The notes below the pieces were generated by a model. That model ran no database searches. It was not told the origin of the DNA and saw nothing but the letters and a program-made list of their open reading frames with translations. From IMG/VR virus record IMGVR_UViG_3300042934_000565, positions 1,028 through 65,027 of that record: 64,000 nucleotides of DNA. One strand, written 5' to 3'. The stretch's first letter is position 1. Every line of letters begins with the position of its first letter. The translations under genes were made by a program, and so were the position numbers. Source of the stretch: a virus. Its lineage: Duplodnaviria > Caudoviricetes. Below are positions 1 to 10,174 of the stretch, piece by piece.

Positions 1-309
1 ATGTAGTTCCAAATCTCTCCGATGTAAGAGAAAGCGTCTGAGAAATCCTCATGTGCTTCATGTGCCCCCGTCTCCTTCCATGCCTTGATGACCTTCTCGG
101 TCAACTCATTGACCTCGTCGACTGTGATTCCTTCGATCTTCGTCATTACCCTGTCCCCTCCATGTTTGATCCTCGCATCATATTTTTCATGCGCGATGGG
201 AATATCATATCATTCCCCCATACCCATGTATACTCCCAGAAACCTAGGCCATTCCCCTTGTGACATCGTACAACGGGGTTGTAGGGGTCAACAAAGGTCC
301 CGACAAGCG

Positions 310-339
310 TTGACATGGTTTCCCTTGGAGATATATAGT
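310..339 (+). promoter_or_regulatory. SigA/sigma70-type promoter for the HTH gene at 404
   Basis: TTGACA (310-315) N18 TATAGT (334-339). Confidence 0.8.
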
Positions 340-403
340 GTTTATATCGATCAACCCCGATCGAGGAACAAGGATCTAGGGCAACCTAGGAGGGATAGGA
401 AAA

Positions 404-628
404 ATGGCAAAGATCAACGTGAAGGAACTGTCCGAGGAGCTGGACACCACGCCGCGGATGGCGCGGAAGTTCCTGCGGTCGGTCACCCCGCTGGAGGAGC
501 AGCCGGGCAAGGGCGGGCGCTGGGAGATCCAGAAGGCGCAGGTCCGAGGCCTCAAGAAGAAGTTCGAGGCCTTCCAGTCGGAGCACACCCGTCAGGTCGA
601 GGTGGACGACGTCTCCGAAGAGGAGTGA
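404..628 (+). CDS. Small MerR/excisionase-like HTH DNA-binding protein (paralog 1)
   Basis: INVKELSEELDTTPRMARKFLR...GKGGRWEI; purine-rich RBS upstream; acidic tail. Confidence 0.8.
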   Translation: MAKINVKELSEELDTTPRMARKFLRSVTPLEEQPGKGGRWEIQKAQVRGLKKKFEAFQSEHTRQVEVDDVSEEE

Positions 629-636
629 TCTTGGCT

Positions 637-689
637 AGTACGAGCCCCAGGTAAACCTGAGACACAGTCCGGGAGCTTGGGGCTCTACT
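637..689 (+). terminator. Hairpin, probable terminator after the HTH gene
   Basis: GAGCCCCAG...CTTGGGGCTC inverted repeat just after the stop codon. Confidence 0.55.
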
Positions 690-1271
690 GGTGTGTTGTC
701 ATGTGGACATGACTTGGTCTAGAGAGAGAGCCGTCCCGTCCATCTCCTTCTCTCTATATGAATCCAGAGGCACCTAGAGCTCTCAGAGAGGAAAATTTTG
801 GAGTATACATGGTTCTAGAATAATTTGGAGAGAGCAAACTCCGTTGGAACCGCCAGCGTCCGGGTGTTTCTTTGCCGCAATTCGCTCCCAACATGGGATG
901 TCTCCTCAAAAAGTGTTCATCGCTGACGTACATTCCTTTCGCCTCCTCTCTTCTTTCGATTCCTGGAACTCACCCTCCCCTCTTCATCGTCCTCATTCAC
1001 TTCCTCAGCACCCCATCACTCAGGCTTCCTCATCACCCTCATCTCATCGATCCCCTCTACTCCCCCCAGCGTTCCCGTTGATTCCGCTCCAATAATTTGC
1101 CCACTTCCCCAAGCTCAGGAACCCTACGCGTCACCTCATATACGCAGCGCTCTCAAGCTTTTGTGTTCGGGTGGGACGTGCGGAGGGGCGGAGCCCCCCG
1201 CTAGCACTCACACACTGAAGCACGAAGGCGAAGAGAACGTGTTACCCTTGCTCCGTCCAGCACCTTCCCCA

Positions 1272-1883
1272 TTAGTGCACATAATACTCATGGTGACCAG
1301 CCCCTCCAGCATTGTAGGCAATGTCAAGCTTCCCCGCCTGCTGTAATACCCTAAGCCCTGCCCAGAATTGTGCTCCCTCGAGCTCTCCATCCAGCTCGAC
1401 TTGAACTAGGTCAGTGTCAATTTGCTCTCCCCGGCGATAGCCCGCAGCCTTGATCCCAGCCCACACCAGCAGGGCGGCCGGCTTAGCATTCTCTCGGGCC
1501 TCATCCCTCAACTTGAACTGCTCAATGCCTTTCTCAGTGGCCGTGTACAGGAAATACTTATACCGGTTCAAGATTCTGGGTTCGGCAGCGACTTCCTTAT
1601 CCCTAACCAATCGCCTCAGGGCAGTCTCAATCTGGGCCTGAGTCAAATCTACGAGTCGTCTACCCAGCTTGGCCTTAGATATCCCCGGCTTTTTGATGAT
1701 GGCGTCCAATACCTTCTGTACATTCGAGCCCGGGATTGCTGTATGCACCACTCTTGAGAACGTAAGGCCCTTGTCTGGAGCCTGGCTCATGGTGCCATGA
1801 TCTCGGAGCCAGGCTTCTAGGTCTTGCTCGAAGGTTTGGGGGTTGTGCGGGGTGTAGCCGAGGACTTTGAAGCGGAGAGTCAT
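1272..1883 (-). CDS. Winged-helix DNA-binding protein
   Basis: PGISKAKLGRRL...QIETALRRLVRDKEV...LYTATEKG wHTH pattern; ATG at 1883 with GAAGG RBS. Confidence 0.6.
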   Translation of the reverse strand: MTLRFKVLGYTPHNPQTFEQDLEAWLRDHGTMSQAPDKGLTFSRVVHTAIPGSNVQKVLDAIIKKPGISKAKLGRRLVDLTQAQIETALRRLVRDKEVAAEPRILNRYKYFLYTATEKGIEQFKLRDEARENAKPAALLVWAGIKAAGYRRGEQIDTDLVQVELDGELEGAQFWAGLRVLQQAGKLDIAYNAGGAGHHEYYVH

Positions 1884-1902
1884 GGTGCCTTCTTCACGGG
1901 GG

Positions 1903-2043
1903 TTAGTGAGTCTGTGAGTGAGAACAAGTATTATTGTGATCACCTAAAGGTGACACTATCATCTTGGTGAATGACGCGTCCGCGTGATGCGCGCGCGAGA
2001 TGGTACTGACGTCAATAGCCAGTCCTGACTCGATTGGTGTCAT
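1903..2043 (-). CDS. Small hypothetical protein, probably leaderless
   Basis: ATG at 2043 lies 8 nt from TATAGT, with TTGCTT 17 nt upstream of that. Confidence 0.4.
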   Translation of the reverse strand: MTPIESGLAIDVSTISRAHHADASFTKMIVSPLGDHNNTCSHSQTH

Positions 2044-2133
2044 AGTTACTACTATATCATGGGAGGAAGGTGGAAGCAATAACCATACTCTCGGGCTATT
2101 GCCCCGATATTGCAGGTCTGATAGCATATACCT

Positions 2134-2634
2134 ATGCCAAACCCTCAGATTGAGATACAGAACATAGTCTTCGAGGTAGTCGAGGGCAACAAGATCGGCA
2201 CGGTGAGAGTTCCGCGGCTGAAGCAGAACAACTTGCTGCAGGCCGGTATCGTGGTCGTGAACAACAAGCCGGTCAAGCGGCTGAGTGCCTTCGAGCTGAT
2301 CGAGCAGACGCCCACGTACAGCCTGATACTAGGCGGGCACATCGAGCCGGCGGAGAACGGTGATGCTTATACCATCGAGATGAGGTCGATCAACAGCCCG
2401 CCTCGCCCTACCGCTAGGGAGGATCGCCTGCTCGAACTGCTGAACAAGATCGATGACGAGGTCATGCAGTGGGACAGGGACCGCACGGCCAAGCCTCGTG
2501 CTCAGTTCGATGACCGACTCAGCACTACTTACACCAGTGAGGGTCGCTTGAGTCGCATCCAGGCACTGCTCAAGAAGCACTTCGACAAGCACCCGGAGGA
2601 TGTTGGGGATGATGACCTCTTCGACCTCGACTAA
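2134..2634 (+). CDS. Hypothetical protein, leaderless
   Basis: 166 aa ORF with phage-like codon bias; TTGCCC N17 TAGCAT ends 7 nt before the ATG. Confidence 0.65.
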   Translation: MPNPQIEIQNIVFEVVEGNKIGTVRVPRLKQNNLLQAGIVVVNNKPVKRLSAFELIEQTPTYSLILGGHIEPAENGDAYTIEMRSINSPPRPTAREDRLLELLNKIDDEVMQWDRDRTAKPRAQFDDRLSTTYTSEGRLSRIQALLKKHFDKHPEDVGDDDLFDLD

Positions 2635-3211
2635 CTTCAAGCGAGAGACTGACGCAGCCTGGGTCGCGGGCATCATGTCGGTCATGGGTGAGTTCAAGAT
2701 TCCTCACCGAGGTAAGCCCCGCGTTCAACTGCTGCTCGGTAGCACGAAGCACCCTGAGCCCATCGAGATGGTGGCCGCCTACTTCAAGACGCCTCTGGTG
2801 CTGATGTCAGGTCGACTCACACTGCGCCTCTCGGGTGAACAGTTGGACAAAGCCCTCGACAGGGTCTGGCCGTACCTCTCAGAGGCTCGCAAGGCTGAGT
2901 ACAATGGCCTAGTAGCCATCCAGCAGCAGCAGATGAATGCTTACGCGGCCGACAAGAAGCAGAAGCAACTCGACCAGAAGTTCTGGGAGGGTCGCTCCAC
3001 ACCAAGCGATGAGGAACGCCGGGCTCGAGCAGAAGCCTCGTATCACAACCAAGACCCTGCAGTCGAGGTCATCGAGGATGAGCTTGAGCCGACTGAGGCA
3101 GAGGTCGAACTCGCTAAGGTCAGGCGCCAGCTTGAAGAGCAACGTCAGCGGGCAGAAATGCCATGGATCGATTACACGCCCACCACCAAACGAGGGAAGA
3201 AAAATGCCTAA
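2600..3211 (+). CDS. Degenerate LAGLIDADG-like protein with C-terminal extension
   Basis: AAWVAGIMSVMGEF helix and VWPYLSEARK motif resemble phage LAGLIDADG proteins; exact start uncertain (2600/2609/2612). Confidence 0.5.
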   Translation: MLGMMTSSTSTNFKRETDAAWVAGIMSVMGEFKIPHRGKPRVQLLLGSTKHPEPIEMVAAYFKTPLVLMSGRLTLRLSGEQLDKALDRVWPYLSEARKAEYNGLVAIQQQQMNAYAADKKQKQLDQKFWEGRSTPSDEERRARAEASYHNQDPAVEVIEDELEPTEAEVELAKVRRQLEEQRQRAEMPWIDYTPTTKRGKKNA

Positions 3212-3536
3212 CCAGAACAGCGGAGCAAGTCGCATTTACAACGAGCGAGCACGGCAGTCTGTCGAGGAGGGCTACCTGCCCGGGGGTGATGTTGGCCGAT
3301 CCCAGGAGCTCATGAGAGCAGCCATCGGCTATATCGGTCATGCTGGGGCACAGGAGGAATTCGGAGTCATTCTCACCGTGGAGGAAATGGGTACTGCCTG
3401 GCCCTGGCCTCCTGAGAGTTTCAAGCCTGAAGATCCAGTACGCACGCTGGAGAAGGCCGGGGCCCTGATCGCGGCAGCCATCGATGCACTCGAGGCCGAG
3501 CGGGAACTGAAGGCTGGTGAAACAGTTGCCGAGTAA
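3204..3536 (+). CDS. Conserved phage hypothetical protein
   Basis: ERARQ...WPWPPESFKP..PVRTLEKAGALIAAAID, a familiar phage motif; start overlaps the upstream gene. Confidence 0.7.
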   Translation: MPNQNSGASRIYNERARQSVEEGYLPGGDVGRSQELMRAAIGYIGHAGAQEEFGVILTVEEMGTAWPWPPESFKPEDPVRTLEKAGALIAAAIDALEAERELKAGETVAE

Positions 3537-3772
3537 GCTGATCGTCGAGTACCGTAAGCACGATGGCGACCTCGAGTGGATCAGGTCCTTTCAGGACTGG
3601 ACCCAGGATGACGTCGACCGACTCAACAAGATCATCGGCTACAACAAGTATCGGACAAGGATGTCTACAACATGGCAAAATTCCTGATGTACTCGACTAT
3701 CATCTTCGTGGTAGTCCTTTACCTCTCAGCCTTAACCTTCAGCATTTTCATCCCCGTCAATTAAGGAGAATC

Positions 3773-4102
3773 ATGCCCGACAAGTTACACGGCCAGACCG
3801 TACCGCCGAAGTCTTTCACGGTGGTGTGGGACGGAGACAAGCCCAAGGTCAAGGCGAGTCACTGGGAGGTAGGCTACACGCCCGCTTACCAGGCCACTGA
3901 GGACCTGGCCATCGCCCATGCCATGCAGACCAAGATGGTTGAGATCAACAAGGTCCGCAACGAGTGGATCGCCCTCAACCTGCTGGCCGCAGAATACGTG
4001 GCCGATACCATCGAGCGAGCAGGCGAGATGCAGATGGCCGAGATGGGGCTCACACCCGACACCGAACTGCCCGACACCCACGACGACCACCAGGACGACT
4101 GA
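3773..4102 (+). CDS. Hypothetical protein
   Basis: AAGGAG RBS before ATG 3773; stop coupled (TGATG) to the next gene. Confidence 0.7.
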   Translation: MPDKLHGQTVPPKSFTVVWDGDKPKVKASHWEVGYTPAYQATEDLAIAHAMQTKMVEINKVRNEWIALNLLAAEYVADTIERAGEMQMAEMGLTPDTELPDTHDDHQDD

Positions 4103-4494
4103 TGACTGACTACACGTTTGCGAACCGACTCGTCGATATCGCTACTCGGATCAAGCTCGCCGAAAACTTCGACATCGTGGTCGCCAGAGATCTCAAGATT
4201 CCCGATGGTCGCTGGTACTTCCAGATCAAGTGCTGGCGCAAGGATGTAATCACCAAGGAGATGGGCTGGGGTTACGGCGGCAAGGCATATCTCTCTGAGG
4301 AGGCCAGTGACTCCGAACTGGTCGGCACGATCTTCGGCCTCTACAAGAACTACGTTGAGCACGAGGCCCGAGAGTCCTTCGAGTTCGATGGCTACCGCAT
4401 CTATGGTCCGCACATGGATGTGAACGCACTCAAGACCGTCGCTCGCAAGGTGGACGTCCGTTCTGCTCAGCACGTGGAAGACATGGCCCACTGA
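4102..4494 (+). CDS. Conserved phage hypothetical protein
   Basis: TGATG coupling; GGKAYLSEEASDSELV...EHEARESF motif. Confidence 0.7.
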   Translation: MTDYTFANRLVDIATRIKLAENFDIVVARDLKIPDGRWYFQIKCWRKDVITKEMGWGYGGKAYLSEEASDSELVGTIFGLYKNYVEHEARESFEFDGYRIYGPHMDVNALKTVARKVDVRSAQHVEDMAH

Positions 4495-4644
4495 TGGGTA
4501 AGTGCTTCGTATGCGGTAAGAACCATGACAATGAGCCCTGGCGTGAAGCACTGGGAGCACTCAGACTCACACTCACAGGCGACCCCGACAAGGTCGATGT
4601 CCCTCGTGCGCAGTCCGAGGTGGAAACACTGACAAGGATCCTCA

Positions 4645-5007
4645 ATGAAGAACATTAGGTTCGTGCCCCTGGATGATGAGGGTAACCCAGTCCTCGAGCT
4701 CAGCCAGCCACTATCAACCGCTGAGTTCAGCTTCGAGCTGGAGGAAGACACCCACGATCAAGTCGACCTAAGCACCCTGACTCAGACCACTGAGTGGACT
4801 ACCGCACTGACAGTCGATCAGGAAACCTTCGATCTACTGGCCGGGGTATTCCCCCCTCAGCCACGATGGATTCTCGAGAACGGAGAACACAAGCTCGAGA
4901 TATGGAACCTGCGTGAGGGTGAACGAGGCCCTGATGGCAGAATCCCTTACCACTTCGATGGTCGCTTCCTCTGCGGCCCTCACGATGAGGAAGGTAACCA
5001 CCTGTAA
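4645..5007 (+). CDS. Hypothetical protein
   Basis: 120 aa ORF in the same operon, coupled to the next gene. Confidence 0.6.
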   Translation: MKNIRFVPLDDEGNPVLELSQPLSTAEFSFELEEDTHDQVDLSTLTQTTEWTTALTVDQETFDLLAGVFPPQPRWILENGEHKLEIWNLREGERGPDGRIPYHFDGRFLCGPHDEEGNHL

Positions 5008-5225
5008 TGCCTCGAGCTATCCGGCCATATAGCACTGAGTATCCTCATGGTACTCGCCCCCGCTATGTGGCCGGTTGCTCGTGTATCCCTTGCTGCGACG
5101 CTAACGCCGAGTACATGCGTGAGTATCGAGCAGTGCGTAAGATGCTTGGTCGCCCTGCCCCTGGGGGGTCGCAATATCACGCATCGCGCACGATCGAAAG
5201 CATATCCCCCAGCCCCTCAGAGTAG
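5007..5225 (+). CDS. Small Zn-binding protein
   Basis: HGTRPRYVAGCSCIPCCDANAEY, the HG..Y..GCxCxxC motif common in actinophages. Confidence 0.7.
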   Translation: MPRAIRPYSTEYPHGTRPRYVAGCSCIPCCDANAEYMREYRAVRKMLGRPAPGGSQYHASRTIESISPSPSE

Positions 5226-5234
5226 ACACTAATC

Positions 5235-5285
5235 GCCCCTGATATCATCGACCGGTCATTGATCAGTCTGATATCAGGGGCTTTT
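5235..5285. terminator. Intrinsic terminator between convergent units
   Basis: GCCCCTGATATCA...TGATATCAGGGGC followed by TTTT. Confidence 0.8.
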
Positions 5286-5431
5286 AGGCGAGCTTCTAGG
5301 TGACTCGAATGTCAAGCTCTCCGCGATAGACCGCGGCTACGATGTCCTGCAGTGTTTCTTCGCGGATACGATCGTCGTGCTCACGCAGCCACTTGCTCTC
5401 GAGGATGCGGTCAGCCATGCCGGCCCCTCGC

Positions 5432-5683
5432 TTAAAGGGCCTCCGCGTCAGTAGGCTTATCAGCTGCTTTCGTTCTAGCGGCAGAAAGCTCGAGGAACGC
5501 GACGTAGAATCGTCCGAGCCTCGCATCCAAATGGAACGGGTCAAAGTCTGTTCCAGTGATGGCATCATACATCTCCTTGTCTGACTTAGAGAGCACATTC
5601 ATCAGAGCCTGCCCGTACCGAAGTGAGGGGTCCTGAGTCTTGGCTCGAGCTGCCTTGTCGATGAGTTCGAAGAGGGTTAACAA
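5432..5683 (-). CDS. Hypothetical protein
   Basis: LRYGQALMNVL...GTDFDPF, a familiar phage motif. Confidence 0.65.
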   Translation of the reverse strand: MLTLFELIDKAARAKTQDPSLRYGQALMNVLSKSDKEMYDAITGTDFDPFHLDARLGRFYVAFLELSAARTKAADKPTDAEAL

Positions 5684-5921
5684 CTAGCGCCTTCCGCCCA
5701 GACCTGAGATGATGAGCATGATCAGAATGAACATAGTATACATCCACTCGTACCACTCCAGAATCACTCCGCCTCCCAGGTCTTGTTCTTGATGTTCGTA
5801 ATGCGCCGACCATAGGCTTCGCTGTTGCGCACGAACTCAGCGACATCCTGGATGCCTCGCTTGTCGATATAGACATACTGACCCCGCTGATCGATGTAGC
5901 CGATCGTGAACGTGTCATCCA

Positions 5922-6530
5922 TTAGCTGTCCTTCCGCTTCTTGAGCTTGAGTTCCCGAGGCGTTGCCCGAGGCGGAACTTCCTCTTCGATGGGCCGACCC
6001 CGTACGCCTACCTGGCCCTCGTCCTCGAGCGGTCGAAGCAGCTCGTAGAACGGTGACCCAGAAGCGAAGCCGCGCTCGAGATATCCCTCGACCTCGAGCT
6101 CCTTGAGCACCTTGTCGATGGCCAGCAGCGAAAGTCCCACACCATCGGGCTCGGGTGCTGCGAGGCGGTGGGGATACACCCGGTTAGGCGAATCGATGAG
6201 CGGCTTGCCCTGTCGGTCCACCCCATTCAGACCCGTCGTGCCCTGTGTGGAGGGCCCTGCGGTGACATGCTGACGGATCCAGTTCTCGATCTTTGGTCGG
6301 TTCACCGGCTTACGACCGCGCACCCCGCCGTTGCCCCCAGGCGTCGACTTCGTGCCACCCGCTCCTGCTCGGTGCTCCTTGACCGTAACACTCTTGATGA
6401 GTGAGTCCGACCGAGTGAGTGCCTGCTGGATCGTGAGCTGAAGGTACCGAACCATCTGCTCAGTGCTACGGTCCGTGCCATCGCTCTTCTTGCCCTCTTC
6501 GATGTCGAGAACAATACTGTACTTAGCCAC
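5922..6530 (-). CDS. Hypothetical protein with possible C-terminal winged helix
   Basis: 202 aa, AGGAG RBS; LSLLAIDKVLKELEVEGYLER. Confidence 0.65.
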   Translation of the reverse strand: MAKYSIVLDIEEGKKSDGTDRSTEQMVRYLQLTIQQALTRSDSLIKSVTVKEHRAGAGGTKSTPGGNGGVRGRKPVNRPKIENWIRQHVTAGPSTQGTTGLNGVDRQGKPLIDSPNRVYPHRLAAPEPDGVGLSLLAIDKVLKELEVEGYLERGFASGSPFYELLRPLEDEGQVGVRGRPIEEEVPPRATPRELKLKKRKDS

Positions 6531-6611
6531 TAGCGATTCTCCTTTCTTCGATTATCGCTATCGAATTGATTCAATATAAATATATCAAAGGCATTCGCAT
6601 TTAGCAATTCT

Positions 6612-8666
6612 TTATTTATCTACAACCAAGAACCACCTATTGCTACCGTCACTCAGTTGCTCGCGTTCCACGAGCTCATTGTCGAGATGACGGGCAAGCT
6701 GCTTGTGTACGGCCGAGCGAGTGATGCCTCGAGCCTCTGCGATGGCCTGGGTAGTCATCGGTCCCATCTCGAGAATCTCGAGCAGCTTATCCTTGGCTGA
6801 CTTCTCGCGACGAGGCTTCCATCCCCCGCCAGTTTCCTTGGTAGTTTCCTCGGGCTTGTCTTCAGACCAGGGGCTGATCATAGGTGACCACTCGAGGTTA
6901 CGCACGTTCTCCATGCGATAGGCATTACCCGGGATCGTCTTCGACTCTGTATCGAGCTTCAGGTGTTCGCCCCCAGTGTGACTGATGTAGATGCTATCTT
7001 CAGCCCATGCATGGTTTGCCACTGCCCCGAGCATGCGCTGGCCCGGGCGTGACTTCTCACCCTTGCTCATGTGGTGGATGACGATGACCGCGCAGTTATG
7101 CTTACGCGATAGAACCTTCAGCGGCCTGAAGATCTTGTTCGTCATCTCCTGAGACTTGTTCTCCTCGACATCGCCGGCGGTCATCATCAGCGTGTCAATG
7201 ATCAGCAGTTTGTAGGGTCTACCTGATAGCCCGTCAGAGAGCGTTTCGTCGAGCCACAACTGCCAGGCCTCGTCACTGATCGTGAACGACTTCTGGATGT
7301 AGGCCATGACGTCTGGGTCGAATGACTGTTCCTGATCTGGCGGCAGCCACCATACCCCAGCCCCGGACTCATCCTTGACTAGCTCGAACTTGTCGGTGGC
7401 TTTGTTGACCCAGATCTTTGCCGACCTGTTCTTGAGTGTTGCCGGCGGATCTTCTTCCTGGATATATAGGACAGGCCCGGGATCAACAACCCGAAAATGA
7501 CCGAGGAAATCAGCACCGGTAGCAACAGAAAAGGCCAGGTCGAGACCGAGCCAAGACTTGTAGGACTTAGGTTCACCAGCAATGAAACCACAAGCACCCT
7601 CCGTTAGAATTCCTTGGACGAGATACCGAGGCTTCTGAATGTTGCGGAGTAGGGCGCCCATTCGCTCCGGAGCTGGCCGGTCGACTGGTTCTTCTTCACC
7701 GCCCGTGCCCTCCAGCTTCTCGATCGTCTCGTCTGACCTCTTCGCAATAGCCTTGCTTGCTTCTGCAATGAGTCGCCGAAGTTCATCATGGCGGGTGTTG
7801 AACTTATTCCAAACAGTTTCCCGTACGATTGCGACGATCTCAGAGACGCTACATCCGACATCAGCAAGGCATCGGATGAGATACCAAAGCTTGTCAGACT
7901 TGTCCCCAGATGCTTCCTTGGCATTGAGCAACTCCCTTGCCGTGTGATTCAACTTGAGTCGAACTCGAGCGATGACTGCGAGCCTGTCCACACCATCGAT
8001 CTCGGTGCCCAGCGCCTCGGTCAGTTGGGTGGTACCGTGATTGACTTCAGGCAGCTCAGCGAAGTCGTTCAGCTCATACCGCGGTCCATCCACCCAGAGC
8101 ATCTTGCCCTTTGGTGACTTGCCCCTGTCTTCATACTCGAGCTTGTGATTGTCCCACCCCGGTATGCGAAGCAGCTGTGTCGTGTCCCAGCCCGAGTGAT
8201 CCGCGTTGACATGATAGGTCAGACGCTGGTTCTCATTGCCAGGCCACGAAGCACCACCGAAAGAACCCGAGCCCCGCTGTGCAAGCCAGAGTGCCTGATA
8301 GTGACCGGGGCTTGACTCCCAGGCGATCGTCGGCGGGTAATCATCGATGGTGTGGGGGTCTGCTTCATCGAGGTCAGCCCAGAGGGCGTACTCATCCATG
8401 GCAAAGCCCTCTTGCCGGACGGGGTACTCGAAGAGGTTGGGACACCAGTACAGATCGTGCTGGGTATGCGCGAGCATGTGATCAATGATCTGCTCACGTT
8501 CCTTCGGCCAAAGGAATGGGGGACCGTCGCTGTAACCCTTGCGCCTTTCGCCGGTACGTCGCTGAACCTCACGGTCGATGTAGGGGAAGAAGGCATACCC
8601 GCTCTGCCTCCCCCATGCCTGAGATATGATTCGAAGAGTCTTCTCGGCTTCAGCCTTACTTACCAT
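6612..8666 (-). CDS. Primase-helicase: RepB/AEP-type primase, RepA-like (AAA_25) helicase and C-terminal HTH
   Basis: LWADLD, ESSPGHYQALW, LLRIPG primase motifs; Walker A GEPKSYKS, Walker B LLIIDTL, VIHH. Confidence 0.9.
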   Translation of the reverse strand: MVSKAEAEKTLRIISQAWGRQSGYAFFPYIDREVQRRTGERRKGYSDGPPFLWPKEREQIIDHMLAHTQHDLYWCPNLFEYPVRQEGFAMDEYALWADLDEADPHTIDDYPPTIAWESSPGHYQALWLAQRGSGSFGGASWPGNENQRLTYHVNADHSGWDTTQLLRIPGWDNHKLEYEDRGKSPKGKMLWVDGPRYELNDFAELPEVNHGTTQLTEALGTEIDGVDRLAVIARVRLKLNHTARELLNAKEASGDKSDKLWYLIRCLADVGCSVSEIVAIVRETVWNKFNTRHDELRRLIAEASKAIAKRSDETIEKLEGTGGEEEPVDRPAPERMGALLRNIQKPRYLVQGILTEGACGFIAGEPKSYKSWLGLDLAFSVATGADFLGHFRVVDPGPVLYIQEEDPPATLKNRSAKIWVNKATDKFELVKDESGAGVWWLPPDQEQSFDPDVMAYIQKSFTISDEAWQLWLDETLSDGLSGRPYKLLIIDTLMMTAGDVEENKSQEMTNKIFRPLKVLSRKHNCAVIVIHHMSKGEKSRPGQRMLGAVANHAWAEDSIYISHTGGEHLKLDTESKTIPGNAYRMENVRNLEWSPMISPWSEDKPEETTKETGGGWKPRREKSAKDKLLEILEMGPMTTQAIAEARGITRSAVHKQLARHLDNELVEREQLSDGSNRWFLVVDK

Positions 8667-8668
8667 AC

Positions 8669-8935
8669 TTACTCAAGACCCTCGATCTTGTAGTTACGCA
8701 TGGTCTCCGCCAGCTCCTTTGCCAGCTTCAGCAGGGCGATGCCTTCGGGGCTACCGCGTTCCGGTCGATCGTTGTCCTCGATGTACTTCTTTTCGAGATG
8801 GGTGAGCACGAACTGCTGCATCCCTAGCTTGCCCTGCACCAGCCCAGCCTGAAAGATGGGGTAGGTGGGATCCTTCTTCATCCCGGCCGGAGCTTTCGCA
8901 TATCCTCGAAGCTGTGAGTCCAACTGCTTACCCAT
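8669..8935 (-). CDS. Hypothetical protein
   Basis: 88 aa ORF directly upstream of the primase. Confidence 0.65.
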   Translation of the reverse strand: MGKQLDSQLRGYAKAPAGMKKDPTYPIFQAGLVQGKLGMQQFVLTHLEKKYIEDNDRPERGSPEGIALLKLAKELAETMRNYKIEGLE

Positions 8936-9137
8936 TTGGTAGTCCCTAGTGATGTGAGTGAGTACTTTGTATATGAGCCCTGAGGTGGCTCATCCCTACG
9001 ATCATATCGTCGAAATCTCGGGGAGGCAAATGCCTCAATCTCGGGTAAGGGCATACCGGAGTTTGATCCACTTATTCTCATGCATTATGATCGATATGCG
9101 CCCATCAATCGAGGGGCAATAACTAAAGGAGGTGCCA

Positions 9138-9716
9138 ATGGTAGAGTCAGGTCAGATCACAATTCGGGAGTTGCTCCGCGATCCCCAGTTCAAGGCCTAC
9201 TTCATCAAGGTTCCCAAGCTGCCCGACCATTATACGCCAGAAGCAGAACCCTGGCGCCTTTTGGTGGTGAAGCAGGGTGAGCATAAGTGGCGATCGAAGC
9301 GGTTCGGCACATACCAGGAGGCTTTCGCCGGGTTCAAGAAGATGCTGCCAGTCATCAGCGACGCGGCAATCAACTGCCCCGGCCTCAATTTTATGCCACC
9401 CACTCGCACCGTGAAGCTCAAGGGTCGCTTCGAAGTAGTCAAGGGCATTCAGAAGCCCGTTCTTCGCACCCTGGTATGGGCCCCCCGCCTTGAGGCTGAT
9501 ATGCCTCGGCATCATTGGTGCGGGTACTGCCGTCGGCCCACGGTATTCGTGAACAAGGGCATGCCCTCTCGGATGCTGAATGGTTTCACCCTACCGGCAA
9601 CGCGCGTTGCTTATCGCTGCAATGTATGCGGCTCGAGCGACGAAATCATGGATATTCGTAGTCCTGAGCTCAATCAGCAGTGGGATGTGAAGCGCCCCAG
9701 GTTGTATCGTGCCTGA
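9138..9716 (+). CDS. Hypothetical protein with C-terminal Zn ribbon
   Basis: AGGAGG RBS; WCGYCRRP...RCNVCG. Confidence 0.75.
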   Translation: MVESGQITIRELLRDPQFKAYFIKVPKLPDHYTPEAEPWRLLVVKQGEHKWRSKRFGTYQEAFAGFKKMLPVISDAAINCPGLNFMPPTRTVKLKGRFEVVKGIQKPVLRTLVWAPRLEADMPRHHWCGYCRRPTVFVNKGMPSRMLNGFTLPATRVAYRCNVCGSSDEIMDIRSPELNQQWDVKRPRLYRA

Positions 9717-9862
9717 TCTCCCACACCTGAGTATCGAGGAGCTCGAGTCGACGATCAGAGTGCTTGAAGTTATGCGCTCTTCAGAAGGTGAGCGGGCAAG
9801 CGCCTACCGGGTAGTTCTCACCGATGTACACCAAGTGATAAGAAATGCGAGAGATATCAGCG

Positions 9863-10087
9863 ATGGCCACTGAGCACTTTTGGGTCGAGATGAGCTATAT
9901 GCCCGTCTCGGTCGAGATAGATGAATCAACCGGGGACGTCACCATTCTTGCCGACGAAGGCGCGGATGAAGTGATGAAGGAGGAGGCCCTCCATGGCTGC
10001 TGGTTCTGCCATACACCCTTGAACACTGAGTCGGTCAAGACTGAGTGTGAAGGTCAGGACGCGGCAAAAGAAGTTGAAATAAGTTGA
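9863..10087 (+). CDS. Small hypothetical protein
   Basis: CWFC...C motif, acidic. Confidence 0.55.
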   Translation: MATEHFWVEMSYMPVSVEIDESTGDVTILADEGADEVMKEEALHGCWFCHTPLNTESVKTECEGQDAAKEVEIS

Positions 10088-10096
10088 AACCCCGCC

Positions 10097-10125
10097 TTGA
10101 CTTGAGAATGCCCCCCCGATAAGTT
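10097..10125 (+). promoter_or_regulatory. Probable promoter for HTH paralog 2 and the tRNA/ncRNA block
   Basis: TTGACT N17 TAAGTT. Confidence 0.6.
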
Positions 10126-10174
10126 AGTCATATCGCCCCGCGCGATGCCTGATAAATAAATGAGGAGAACAAGC

